From the NCBI RefSeq assembly GCF_006345805.1, contig NC_043017.1, forward strand, positions 24,552,001 to 24,616,000: a DNA stretch of 64,000 nucleotides, given 5' to 3'. Below are positions 40,166 through 54,252 of this stretch, one piece after another (within the stretch, counting starts at the first letter, position 1; each line of letters opens with the position of its first letter). This stretch comes from Octopus sinensis (taxonomy: Eukaryota). The notes beneath the pieces are model-generated. The model was given only the letters and a program-made list of their open reading frames with translations. It did no database searches and was not told the origin of the DNA. The position numbers and the translations under genes are program-made.

Positions 40166-40345
40166 TACCATATTTTAACATTTATAAGGAACCCTCGTGT
40201 ATAAGGAACCCCCTAATTTTGAGGGCTTAAAATTTGCAAAAAAGGTTTGTAAGGGATTATAATACCTTCCATGTAGAAGAAACTCCCATATTTTTAAACA
40301 AATTTTTGACAAAAAAGGGTTCCTTATGCACATTAAAATACGGTA
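40166..40345. mobile_element. pogo/Tigger-type MITE
   Basis: TIRs taccatattttaa...taaggaaccc / gggttcctta...ttaaaatacggta. A related element lies at about 38325-38502. Confidence 0.7.
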
Positions 40346-40410
40346 TTTATTTCAATTTTATTTAATTTGTTATCTGTTACATTTCCTAGAATAACTTCAA
40401 TTCTTTTTCG

Positions 40411-40477
<67 letters not shown>

Positions 40478-40577
40478 TGAAGTTTCATCAGGCAGCATTT
40501 GATGGAATTCCAAGTGTTTTTCTCATTTTAACACAAGCTACACTTCAGTTGATGTTACCATGCTTTCTACATGTGTG

Positions 40578-40612
<35 letters not shown>

Positions 40613-42132
40613 GTGTGTGTATGTATATATCTATTATATTTCAATGAATTTATTTCTACAGAATAGAATTAATAATCTGTGCAACGTCATCCATTGTATT
40701 GCAATATGTTTTGTAACAACTCATGTATGTGATAGACAGAGAGTGACTGGAGATGGGGCGGGGGGAAACCCTACCCTACCCTACACTAAAGGTAAATGTT
40801 TAGTGCAGCATCTGTATGTTTGGACCTCATAAATATTCCGGTGTCAAGTGAAACTACACACATAGAATCTATTGACAGCAACAATGATGATACTTAGAAT
40901 CATTAACATGGTGGTGAACTGACAGAATCGTTAGCATGGAATCATTAACAAAATGCTTAGTGGCATTTCTTCTGGCTCTTTATGTTCTGAGTTCAAATCC
41001 TGCAGTGGTCAAATTTACCATATACATCCCTTTTTAGGAAGTACCAGTTAAGTACTGGGGTTGATGTAATTGACTTTCTCTGCCTCCCTTTAAAATTGCT
41101 GTCTTTGTGCCCTGCAACAGACTAGCATCCCTTTCAGGAGAATATTGTGATCTCAGCCTGTTGTATGCCATGGAAACTGAATAACTGGCCCTTCGAGTCC
41201 TAGAGCTTAAAAGCAAAATAAGAATCAGTAACAGTGATATAAAATACAAACCAAAATAAGGATTTCCCACATTAATAATAATAATAATAATAATAATGAT
41301 AATAATAATGATTAAAACAAACATAATTTTCTTATGGTTTCTTAAACATTCTCTAGAACAACACTATGTACAAAACCAAATATATGGCACCCTAGGCATA
41401 ACACCAACATGAACTTCCAACTTGTTGTCTCTTGAGGTCTCTGGGTGAGACTTGGAGCCAACTTGTACAAATGTAAAGCAAAAGTCAAACATAAAATAAT
41501 AATAATGATAATGGGTTCAAATTTTGGCACAAGGCCAACAAGTTTGGGGCAGGGGTTAAGTTGATTACACCGACCCCAGTACTCAACTGGTACTTATTTT
41601 ATTGACCCCGAAAGGATGAAAGCTAAAGTTGACCTCAGCAGAGGTCTCACCACCTTAATAATAATAACAATAATAATGCTTTCTTTATTAACCGCAAGGT
41701 TAGCAAAAACATCGAGGATGGTACAAAACGATACACTGCGGGATTATATGTAAAGCTTGTGAAAAAGGGGATGACAAAATACATATTTAAATTCACTCCC
41801 TCGATAAAACAAGTACCAGTTATGCACTGGGGTAGATGTAATCGACTTGTCCCATCCCCCAAAATTTCAGGCCTTGTGCCTATAGTAGAAAAGATTATTA
41901 TTATTATTATCATCACTGAAGGTGGGAAGCTGGCAGAATCATTAGCTTGGTGGCATTTCATCCATCTTTATATTCTGAGTTTAAATTTTGCCAAGGTCGG
42001 TTTTACATTTGACCCACTCAGGGTCGATAAAATAAGTACCAGTTGAGCACTGGGGGACAATGTAAGTGACTTACTTCCTCCTTCGAAATTGCTGGCCTTG
42101 TACCAAAATTTGAAATCCTTATCATTATTATT

Positions 42133-42169
<37 letters not shown>

Positions 42170-42445
42170 TGATAATAATAATAATAATAATAATAATATG
42201 ATAATAATAATAATAATAATAATAATAGTGTTGAAGATGATTGTATAAAGATAGATCAGTAAATGGAGTTCATTAAACTTTTCCAACAAAATTGTGAATT
42301 ATTTTTAACTAGGCTAAAGCAATGACAAAACAAAGCATTAAAAATAAATGCAAACCAATATTCACCTTATTGACAGAAAAAAATAAGCTTGTCTCATTAG
42401 CACTTGACCTCAATTGTAAGTGATACACCTTTGCTCCATCTAGAG

Positions 42446-42584
42446 AAGGCATGGGCAACCTTTTTCAAGAAGCACGCTGCATGTAACAGGCTCATCAGGT
42501 GGGCTGCACTACTAAAAAAATTCAAGGTAATTTTTCGTTAATGACCCTTTCAAAAAGTCCTGCAGGCCACAATATGCCTGACTG
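42446..42584. mobile_element. Short hAT-type MITE
   Basis: Flanked by atctagag/atctagac (7 of 8 match). 5' end AGGCATGGGCAACC. Confidence 0.45.
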
Positions 42585-45500
42585 ATCTAGACATAACAAT
42601 TTTCCATTGCTCCATTCATTTATGACACACCAAGCACTTTCACCGATCTTTCATAAAAATCCTCCTGATGGCAAACTGACTCAGCCTTCCTCATCATTTT
42701 TTTTTTGTCTTGAAAAATTCCATGAGAGCTGTATTGAGGAAGCCCATGTTTTTCATCCTCACTACTCCCAGTTTTGACCATCTTATTACTTCCTTTGCAA
42801 CCACCACCACCACCACCACCACCACCACCATCATCACCACCACCATCCAGCTCAAGAATATTGTCCAGTCTTCTTGCCAAAAGACAGCAGCAGCAACAAA
42901 AATCTATTCTCAGAAATCTTGTTTCTAGCATTACTGATCCCACCCTCATTCTCAATAGTGACACCCCAACTCACTTTGAAAAGAAATCAAAGGATACATT
43001 AGATAAGGGTATAAAGGTTAATTTCTAGTTTCTGATCACATTCCAGACACACTTGGCTAACTGAACTACCCTTCGTTAGTTACAAACTTCTAGTTCAACT
43101 TGAAAAATCTTTGACAAACTAGTGGGGACAAGAGAACAACATAATACCCAAATTTGGCACCAATTCCACATAGGTTTCTGAGTTCTAAAGTTTCAGTCAT
43201 AGACTCCTTCCTATTTTGCTTAACCCTTAAATTTTATCCTAATGTGAAAGCATTTCTAAAATAAAATACTTTTTAATATATTAGCTTCCAGTCAGTTGAT
43301 TCCTATTTTTTTACACTTTTTTTTTTTAACACAGGAAATGGAAAGTGAAATAAGAAAAGCTTTTACACACACACACACACATATACAAACAAACAAACAT
43401 TCAGTTTTAGCAACATAATATTCTGTCCCAAGAGATGAAAAAAAACATTTGAAACTGCTGAATAATGTAGCATCTTGTAATACATATATATATAGAGAGA
43501 GAGATCCTTTGCCATTCATATTGGCTCATAGGGCTGGTTCCACACCCCCACTTCCTGGATAGGATGCCAGGCCATTGCAGGATTACTCCATTTTACCAGA
43601 TGGGTGGACTAGAGGAGGGTGAAATGAAGTGTCTTGCTCAAGAGCACAATATGTCTTCTAATCCAGGAATTAAAACCACAATCTTACGATCATGAATCCA
43701 ACATCTCCTAACCACTGAGGCACAATCAAGAGTCAAGTGAACTTGCCCATTAGCAACAGAAAATCCAATGTCTCAAACAGTCTTTTTCAGGAAAAAGGTT
43801 GAAAGGAGAGAAATTGATGAGACTCAGCAGAGTTTTACATACTCTCCCTTCTGTCTGTTATTAGTTTCCCTCCTTTCAGCTTTTCCTTGAAGAAGGACTC
43901 AGTCCAAAACATTTGATTTTCCACCTTCACAGCTTGTTCACCATACACTTTTTTGATTTTACTACATGTATGAGTGTGTGTGTGTGTGTGTGCGCACATG
44001 TTAATCTTCCCTTCTATTTTTTTTACTCTCATAACACTTGTTAAAGACAGTTTGTCTACCCTTTGTTTTTATATTGTTACTGTTTTTTGTCATGACACAA
44101 TATGAAATTGTCAAACGTCCCTGGCTTTCTCTCAAAGACATCTACACAGATTAATACAAACAAAGAAATGACACTCAAACAGTTTGTGTCTTCTAGGTTT
44201 ACGGCTTACGACAAAGATAAATGATTATTAGGTTTTGACAGAATCATTACAGCATAGGAAAGAAATACCTTGTGGTATTTATTCTGGCCATTTATATTCT
44301 GAGTCCCAATCCTGCAGTAATCAACTTTACATTTTCAGTCTCTTTAGGATCAATGAAACAAAATGCCAACCAAATAATGCTCAGTTTTGAAAGGAAGCCA
44401 TTCAGTCAATTACTTTGACTACAATGTTTGACCGGTACCTTATTTTATTGACTCCAGAGGGATGAAGAGCAAAGTTGACGTCGTCAGGATTTGAACTCAG
44501 AGCAAATAACACCAGACATATTTTCTTATGCTATAACAATCCTGTTGATTTGCTGCCCTTTACAGAATAATAAAGACAAGTATAATAGAACAGGGCGGTT
44601 CTCTTGTTGTTTCAAAGACTTTCCTTTGATTGATGGATTGAAGTTACTCTTTGTGAATCAAATCTCTAATTTCCTGTCAGAAGATTTTCATTCCACTTGT
44701 GTCACTGATTCTTTTGTGAAGCAGGATTTGGGCAAATTGTTTTAATACCCCCCTGCCTCTGTTTCCTTATACTCTTTAAACTCAAAAAGCATGATTTTAT
44801 TTGATTATATCCCTGGAAACCGCAGAAGAAATAGGGCTAGATGGTTTCATATTTACTGTTTGCTGATTGGGAGAAAAATAGTTATTTTCAGCCATAAACT
44901 CAAAAACACATGGCCAATTGCTTTTGTGTTTTACGGGGAGTATAGTCAAATAAAATTGTACCTGCAAGTTCAGAGGGTTAAAAAACAAAAAATCACTGTT
45001 CTTGTTTCATTGCTCTGTAAAATGGAAAATTTCAAACAATTCCTATTTATTATTGTTGTTGTTGTTTTGACATCATCATCATCATCATCATCATCATCGT
45101 CATCATCATTTCAATATAAGTTTTAACATTCCAATGGAAATATAATTGCCTTCCTTGTTCCTGTTTTATGTATATATTGTTATGCTACATTGAAACTAAT
45201 TCCTTTTTTTGTTAGTTTATTTTAAAGTTTTCGTTTTTGTTTATTCATCATTAAACAATGTAAATACAAAGATTCACTGATATGCTGCTGAATATGTAAA
45301 ATGTTGGGCTGTTGACATGTTGCTCATAAGGTTTAAAAGTCTTGTTTGCTGTTGGCATTGTGTTTTTTTTTCTCTGAGATCTAATTACAATACCTGTTCC
45401 AATCCAACGAACCTTTAAACAATGAGGTAACTAAGGAGCTTTTATGCGATTGCTCGATCTTCTACAAACAACAACTGAATTTTCCTACTGTCTTCAAAAA

Positions 45501-45759
45501 ACGAGACATTTGATTGGATAATGTAGTTTGAATTACAATCTTATGTATGCCAGATTTGGACTGACCTGGCGATAAAGCAATGACAACAACCATTTAAACA
45601 ATATCAGCTATGATTTTTATATCTGCTGGTATAAGAGGTTAATTTTAGAATAGCCAATGTATTTCCAAAACATGCAATTATACAAAATCTATGAATCCTT
45701 CCAATACATGCTAGTATGTAAAAAAGTTTTTAAAATGTAAAGAAATAATAATAATAATA

Positions 45760-46151
45760 CCAAGATCATAGATATTGCTGAACCTGGGAATGTATAAGTG
45801 AATGGTAAAGAACTGGAAAAAAATGAGAAATTCAGACCACGAGATTATGAGAATGAAGGCAATGAAGAACGTAATTGTCATCCTAGTAGTTGTTGAGGCA
45901 CTAGGAGCCTTGTAAACCAGGTTTGAGAAATTTGTTGGAGAAATTCAGATTGATATGAAGGTAGAAGCTGCTCAGGAAACTGCTATATTAGGAACAGTGA
46001 GTATTTTGAGGCTGGTACCTTGGATGTTAGGTATCGTGGAAGAAGACCCTGTGTGACCCTTGACAATGGGGTGTCTGCTCTTACAGAATTAGCTGAACCA
46101 AATGAAATCAAAAGTCCTGAGAATTTTATTAATAATAACAACAACAACAAC

Positions 46152-46182
<31 letters not shown>

Positions 46183-46290
46183 GTGAAATCCTGTATCCTG
46201 CAAGAATGCTAAGAAAGATTTTTGAAATTTGAGAACTTTTTGTCATTAAACCTCAGCCAGATGGACTTTATGTATTTGTCTAATAATAAT
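45760..46290 (+). mobile_element. Stacked 3' ends of R4/Dong-type (RLE) non-LTR elements within (TAA)n
   Basis: Frameshifted EKF..VIVILVVVEALGA..TAILGTVSILRLV and EILYPARMLRKIFEI*, each followed by (AAT)n. Confidence 0.6.
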
Positions 46291-46291
46291 A

Positions 46292-46322
<31 letters not shown>

Positions 46323-48295
46323 TAATAGGAAAACACCAATGATTTTTTAAAGAAGCTGAAAAACTTAAAAACAAATAGAGTTTATATTTGCAACTGCATA
46401 GGAAACAACTGTATGCCTGTTGTAAGTTGGATACAAAGTCATCATCAAGGAAACTAGTATAGCTGCTACTTTCACATGCAAGTGCTTCTTATAAGCATTT
46501 ACTATATGGTTGTGATATCTATTTTCTTTTTACCGATTCTAACTGGTGAGCTGTGGAGATCATTTATTTATCTTTTATGCTTTACCATGTTTCAGTCATT
46601 AGACTGTGGCCATGCTGGAGCACCACAGCTGAACAAATCAACACCAGTACATTTTTGTTTTTGTTAGCCAGGTACTTATTCTATTGGTTTCTTTTTTGCC
46701 AAACTAAGTTATGGTGATGTAAACAAACCAACACCAGTTGTCAAGTGGTGGGTGGGTGGGAACAAACACACACACATATATGACAGGCTTTTTTTCCATC
46801 TACTAAATCTACTCACTTTGGGCAGCCTAGAGCTATGCAGTGGGACTGAACCCTGAACCATGTGGTTGGGAAGCAAACCTTTTACCTCACAGCCATGCCC
46901 GAAACAAGTTTTTTTTTTTTTTAGTTGGGAATCTTTTATTTAAACCATTTTTATACCAGTCTGCCTAAGATCACCCTTAGTTTTAATGTGCAATATAAAA
47001 ATGTAAGACTTTTTTTTTTTTGATTTTTAAGTTAGATTTTCCAAACAGAAGTTTATTAATGACAATATTAGCCATGAACATTGCTTTAAAAAATCAGTTG
47101 AAACAGGTAGACTGTATTTTAATCATAAAGGGAGATAAATAGAATTTACAAGATATTGCACTCACTTTTCTGCTGATGAAACAACAAATAGTTGTCTGCT
47201 AAATTAAAGTTTGAATGGATTTATGTATTTGTATATTTTCTCGTTAATTCACACACACATACACACACATCAACCCCTATTATTTTTTTTTTAATGATAT
47301 TTTTCTCAAATATTTCTTTCCTATCTTTTGTCATTTTAACCATTACTCATTGTAATGGCCATATCACAAGTGAAACCTCTAAATGTTCACATATCCTGAA
47401 CATCAAAATCTCTTCCAAGTATCTCTTTGTGTGTATTAGTAGATCATTTCATTCTGCATGGCCTCAATCTCACATGGTTGTCAAGAATAGTTGTCTCACC
47501 TGGAAATGTTTTACCTGTGATAAACTAGATTCTAGATTCTTATCTATGATGGATTTTATCTAAAGATTTATTTCCAGTATGTATCATTCCTCAAAACTAG
47601 GTCTCACCATCAGTTTTCTAGAGGGGCCCCATTTACTTTTTTTTTTATATATAACTGTTAATTTCCCTTACATGTCATGTGAGCTTTTTAGAAAAAAAAT
47701 TCTCTTTTCCAAGTACCTTTTTTTTTTTTATAAAGTTTTGATTTAGAATTTGCTTTGTAAGAATTTTTATCTGAAGCTTTGTGTTAACAAAAATGTTCTT
47801 ATATTTGGGAAAAGTCATGATTGCATGATTAAAAAAGCCAACAAACATACTTGCCGGTTGTTCTTTGTCTATATTTCACTTCTTTTTTTTGGCAGAATAG
47901 TTGATATTTGTTTATGTCACAAAAAATATTTTGGTTACATAAACAAACATCAACACGACAAACAACCGATGAGTATGTTTATAGGATTAGTTTTTTAATT
48001 GATTGTGACTCTTTTCAAATATAACAATATTTTTTAATGACTAAAACTATAATTAATTTGATATTTTGATTAGAATGTGGAAAAGAAATTATTAGCTTTT
48101 TTTTTATTTGCTGGGTCTAGTGGAAGGTACTGCCCATAGCCTTTGTAAGCTCTTTGAGACCAGTAAGAATGATCCAACTTTGCCTTTCATCCTTTTGGGC
48201 TTGATAAATTAAGTACCAGTTGAGTACTGGGGTCGACGTAATCAAATTAATGCCTTCCCCAAATTTTCAGGCCTTGTGTCTTTAGTAAAAAGGAT

Positions 48296-48720
48296 TATTA
48301 ATGTTCCTTTTAAACCATTTATGTAGATCAACACTTGCAGGAAAGACATTAGCAGGGAAAAGATTCCAGAGGGATGGTGTTGTAGGGAAGAAGGAGAGCT
48401 CAGCATAGTAATTGTAGGATCTGGAGCAAGGGGTCGACATGACAAAGGTGTTGAAAAGTAAGAACAATTGGGTTAGGAGTACCTAAATGGAAAAGGTATA
48501 AGAAAAGCCAGCTCTGAGAAACAAAGGTTATTAAAGTAGTGGCAGAAAATAGCAGAGTGAAAGGACAACATGCTTGTAGGCTTGAGGCTGAAGTCTGTTT
48601 GTGAGCTGTGAACGATTTAATGCCAGTCAATGGAGAAGCTCTTCTCTGGATGCAGTTCAAGCTATCAGTATGTGTGGCAACAACACCATGTTTACTGTGG
48701 AAGCAATAATCCATTGTAAG
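48296..48720 (-). mobile_element. Degenerate CR1/Jockey-type LINE 3' end
   Basis: ...LNCIQRRA... and SFFPTTPSLWNLFPANVFP motifs with frameshifts. Confidence 0.6.
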
Positions 48721-48739
48721 TCACACTAGTGCTTTGTAG

Positions 48740-50235
48740 AGTCAGTAAAGTGTTGGGATCAGTGAAATATATTCTGGTCCCAAGTCCCACAAAAGATGAC
48801 TTTGTATTTCATTCATCCAAGGTCAATAAAATATGTACCATTAATATACTGAGGACTTCTAAAATCAACTGTGCTCTTCCTTTCCAAATTTAAGGGGGTT
48901 TTTTTTGTATCAGTCTTTGAAGAAATTATTATTATTATTATCATTATTAAGGTGGTGAAATGGCAAATTGGTTAGCATACTGGGAAAAATGCCAAGTGGC
49001 ATTTTGTCAGTCTTTACATTCTGAGTTCAAATTCTACCAAGGTCAACTTTGCCTTTTGTCCTTTCGGGGTCGATAAATTAAGTACTAATGAAACACTGGG
49101 GTCAATGTAATCAACTAGTTCCCACCCCCAAAATGTCAGGCCTTGTGCCTTCAGCAGAAAGGATTATTATTATTATTATCTTTTACTCAGCTTCTAATCC
49201 TGGGGATGTATTATGGTGTCAGCTGTTCCACTACCAGTGAACCGAGGTAGCACCCTTTATTTTCCAAGCACCTTCAAGAGTATTCAAGCTGTTTTCTGTA
49301 AGTGCTCCATGTGTGTTGCAAACCCTATTTGTCCAATATACCGCCCAAAGTCTTTACTTACTGTTCCTAAGACTCCAACAATTATTGTTATTATTATTAT
49401 TATTGTTAAGTTGGTGAGCTGGCAGAATTGTTACTGTACTGGATGAAATGTTTAGTGGCATTTCATCTGTCTTTAAGTTCTGAGTTCAAATTCTACTGAG
49501 ATTCACTTTGGGAGTTCATAAAATAAGTACCAGTTAAGCACTGAGGTTGATGTAATTGACTTATCTCCTCCCATAAAATTGCTGGCCTTGTGCCAAAATT
49601 AGAAACTATTGTTATTATTAAAGCAAGTGAAGGTGGCGAGCTGGCAGAATCGTTAGCATGCCGGGCAAAATGCTTAGTGGTATTTCGTCTGCTGCTATGT
49701 TCTGAGTTCAAATTCCGCCAAGGTCGACTTTGCCTTTCATCCTTTCAGGGTCGATAAAATAAGTACCAGTTGAACACTGGGCCCAATGTAATCAACTCAT
49801 CCCCTCCCCCAAAATGATTGCCCTTGTGGCAGATTTTGAAACCATTATTAAAGCAAGCTGCCAAAATCATTAATACAAGAAAGAAAATGCTAAGCAGCCT
49901 TTTATCCAACTTTTACAATCTGGGTTCAAATTCCACCGAGGTTGACTCTGCCTTTCATCATCTTGGGGTCAATAAAAATGAGAACCAGTCGAGAATCAAG
50001 GCCAAAATTTTAGGCCTTGTCCTTACAGAAGAAAGAGTTATTAAGCAGAGTCAGTAGAGCATTGGGCAAAATGCTGTGTGATATTTCTTCCAACTCTTTA
50101 CAATCTGATTTCAAATCCAACGCAAGTCAACTTAACCTTTTATCCTTTAGGAATTCATTAAAATAAAATACCAGTCACATACTGGTGTCGATGGCTTCAA
50201 CTTAATCCCTTCCTCTCAATATTGCTGGCCTTGTA
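48740..50235 (+). mobile_element. Head-to-tail array of about six SINEs of one family separated by (TAT)n
   Basis: Repeated ggtggcgagctggcagaatcgttagc...gagttcaaattc...taagtaccagtt...ggccttgtgcc units. The copy at 49632-49845 is the least diverged. Confidence 0.8.
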
Positions 50236-50651
50236 TCTAAATCAGAAACCATATTTATTACCATTATAAACTTTTATTTATTTATTTGTAATTAAAAGTT
50301 GTTATTCAAGAAACTGAAAAAAAAAAACAACATGCTAACATTAAACAAATATATAAATAAATAAATAAATAACAGCCATTTCCAACTTAACATTGTTTCA
50401 CTAATTCATGCTGCTTTTTAGCATCTTGCTACCCTCTATTCTTCTAAATCTTCAGCTCATATATAAACCATGTTGTATAGTTAATCTAGTAGTACACTTG
50501 TTGTAAACCTTTTTATTTTTGTATTTTTCTAAAACTGAGAAGAAAAAAAAAATGTTCATATAAAACTGACTGACAATGCTATGAGAAAACACTTTACTTT
50601 CAATTGTTGTGAATCAAAGTGTTTGTGTATGTGTATGCGTGTGTATATATG

Positions 50652-50714
<63 letters not shown>

Positions 50715-50716
<2 letters not shown>

Positions 50717-50948
50717 TGGAGTAAGCACATAAATGTGAAACAAGGTGGAAAAAAGAGTACTCAAATACTAGAGGTAGAGTCATATATGCTTTATTTAAAA
50801 GCAGCAGAAATATAACAAAAGCTGTTACTCAGAGTTTCACGTTTCTGTTCGTCGGACAATTTTAACAAAACTGTCCGAAGAACGGGAACATGAAACTCTG
50901 GGTAACAGCTTTTGTTATATTTCTGCTGCTTTTAAATAAAGTATATAT
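50715..50948. mobile_element. Penelope-like element forming an about 80-bp-arm palindrome with a hammerhead-like motif in each arm
   Basis: Arms 50782-50863 and 50867-50948 are reverse complements with few mismatches and a 3-nt loop. Confidence 0.6.
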
Positions 50949-50971
50949 ATATATGTATGTATGTATGTATG

Positions 50972-51002
<31 letters not shown>

Positions 51003-51158
51003 TTAATGTATGTGTGTATGTGTAATGAATATATTTATCTTTCTGTATTTTATTCTTAGTGGCCAGACATAGCTTCTTTTGAACTTGTCAGTCCCTGGAA
51101 TATGTACATACATACATACATACAGACATGTATTTACACACGTGTATGTGTGTACATA

Positions 51159-51189
<31 letters not shown>

Positions 51190-51218
51190 ATATTTGTATA
51201 CATGCATATATACATATG

Positions 51219-51252
<34 letters not shown>

Positions 51253-51585
51253 CACATACATATATACATGTATATATATATACACACATACATGTATATA
51301 TGTATATGCACACACATGCACATACACACGCACGTGCAAGATCGCATGTATATAGAATTTCATTTTGGTGATCTTTGTGATATTTACCCTATCCATAAAC
51401 TACCTATTCACTATATGTAGTTTCATATTAATTGTGACATAGTGTAAAATGTATATATTATATAATAAACTGAACTTCTATTAAAAATAAAGCAAAAAAA
51501 AACATAGAAACAAATTCCAAATTCCAACAGAAGCTGGTGTTGTATAACATGTTACTGTTTTTTTCTTTTCTTTTGTTGTGATCAG

Positions 51586-51755
51586 GCGATAGGGTTCGTG
51601 AGCAAATGATGCCCACTGCCTTCGCCAAAAGAAAAAAAATCATGCATGATGCAGGGGTAGCCATCACGAGCAAAGTAAAGGACAATGTCTGTTGCTGTAG
51701 TTGCGACGATGCGAGCCATCCATGCAATGCAGTAAATGCTGGACTATATGATTAA
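51586..51755 (+). CDS. Orphan candidate terminal exon (GDRVREQMMPTAFAKRKKIMHDAGVAITSKVKDNVCCCSCDDASHPCNAVNAGLYD*)
   Basis: Very strong acceptor (gttactgtttttttcttttcttttgttgtgatcag|G), open phase-1 frame, AATAAA near 51963. No partner exons found. Confidence 0.4.
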
Positions 51756-52039
51756 CTATTGTGCACCATGATGCAAAAACAGCGTCTTTAGGGTTGATAT
51801 TTATTGTTTGGAGATGGTGGTGTTTTTTTTTTTGTGTGTAAATCACCAAATAAGAAAATAATAGTTCAGATGCAGAATTATAGAGCTTAGATTTATTCTT
51901 GATTCAGTAATATATACATATACATAAACACACATACATATATATATATGTATATATATATATAAATAAAATCCAAAATTTAATGGATTGGGACAGGTAA
52001 TATGCAAGCTATATATATGTTTCTTAAATAGCTGAAGTG

Positions 52040-52072
<33 letters not shown>

Positions 52073-52779
52073 GTATGTATATGTACATACATATATATGT
52101 TTGTGTGTGTGTGTATATATATATATATGTATGCATGTATATATATGTACATACATATATGTTTGTATGTGTGTGTATATATATATATATATATATGTAT
52201 ATGTGTATATGTATACATTTACATACAATCATACATACATATATGTGTGTATATATATATATAATTTTGAGTTGTTTTTTTTTTACTCTATAAACCTTAA
52301 ACGAAATTTGAAACGAATAGAATTCTTTTAATAAATGAAGTGACAAAATAAACTATTAAGGTAAGATAAATGATGCATTATATCTTGTTACAACACTTTA
52401 TCAGAAAAATCAAATACATATTTAATCATAATTTCTGTAACTGCTAGTGGCAGTATAATAATAATATTATATATATAAGTCATATTCAGTTTCACAATAT
52501 GATATTTCTAAACCTAACTTTGTTGTGAATATTTTGCAGTTTTGTGTGAACTTCTATAGGGCAGTGGGGCAAAGAGAAAGCTTGTGCCAACCCAAGCTTT
52601 TGCTTGGAGCTTGTTTATCTCATTTATATTGCTAATGCCCTTGGTAAAGATATATATATATATATATGTCACAATATTGCACCCATCCTCGCTCCCCTAA
52701 TTGTGTATACAATATATACAAATATATTGCATATATATGTATATATAATATATGCATATATATATATATATAATATATG

Positions 52780-52814
<35 letters not shown>

Positions 52815-52860
52815 TATATGTATATATATATGTATGTATATATATATGTATATATATATA

Positions 52861-52892
<32 letters not shown>

Positions 52893-52921
52893 GTATATAT
52901 ATATATATATATATGTGTGTG

Positions 52922-52989
<68 letters not shown>

Positions 52990-53093
52990 ATATATATGTA
53001 TATATATATGTATATATATATATATATGTGTGTGTGTATAATATGTATATGTATATATATGTATACATGCATATATACATAGGTGTTTATATG

Positions 53094-53141
<48 letters not shown>

Positions 53142-53187
53142 ATATACACACACACATATACATATATATATATATACATATATATAC

Positions 53188-53236
<49 letters not shown>

Positions 53237-54252
53237 GTATATATACATAAGCCCTTTGCGTTAAGTAAAAACAGAAACAAAATAAATTGAAATATTTAAA
53301 CCCTGGAAACTTTTTATGCCAAATGTTTTGTTTTTTTTCATGATTTGGTTAAAAGAAAAAAAACACTTGTTTTTTGGGAAAAAAGTCCCCCTTTTTTTTT
53401 CTGTAAACAAAATACATGTAATACTCAGCTGTATAATCTTATCAAAATTGTTTGAAGGAGGCCAGTTAAAAAGTTCTGTTTCTCCTCACAGTTTATAAGT
53501 TCAAATACTGCAAAATAAGAAGTCATTTGAAGTAACTGACTACTAATAAATATATGGAAGGTAATACGAATAATTTTTCAAAGAAATACAAATATGTAGG
53601 GCAAAGCATTTTGTCTTTTTTTTTTATATATTTATAAAGATGGTGCAAGAAAACTGAAGAAAAAAAATGTATTCCACTGATTGCATAATTATTGATGTAG
53701 TAGTAAAACTATTGTGTGCAAATTGTTCTCTCTCTTGATTACAATGTTGTAATGAAAAAAATGTGTACAATAGATTTTCATCTGATGAAACCTTTCATGT
53801 TATCAATAATAAATTAAAGAAAATAAAATTTGAAAAAATAATACTAATAATCTATCCTAAATTTAATCTTTAATGTTTTTGTTATTTATAATTACTTTGG
53901 TGATGAGTGTTCCAAAAATAATTCCATTTCCCCTACTACTGAGGAAGAGGTTTACAGCACAATGTTCAAGCTGGCAGAATCATTAAGTATTGTACGAAAT
54001 GCTTAGAGATGTTTCGTTTGAGTCCAAATCCCACTGCATTCCAAACAATTTCATTTCACGGCGTAGGAGCGGCTGTGTGGTAAGTAGCTTGCTTACAAGC
54101 CACATGGTTCCGGGTTCAGTCCCACTGCATGGCACCTTGGGCAAGTATCTTCTACTATAGCCTCGGGCCGACCAAAGCCTTGTGAGTGGATTTGGCAGAC
54201 AGAAACTGAAAGAAGCTTGTCGTATATATGTATGTATATATATATATATATA

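Noticed and set aside
42620-43028. Protein-looking ORFs on both strands around an (ACC)n run (e.g. ...SSRILSSLLAKRQQQQQKSILRNL...; ...LELDGGGDDGGG...)
   Set aside because: Several frames are open only because of the triplet repeat. I found no convincing splice sites or partner exons, and no recognisable family.
47499-47513. 15-nt - strand microexon-like segment (cacag|GTAAAACATTTCCAG|gtgaga)
   Set aside because: No pyrimidine tract and no identified host gene.
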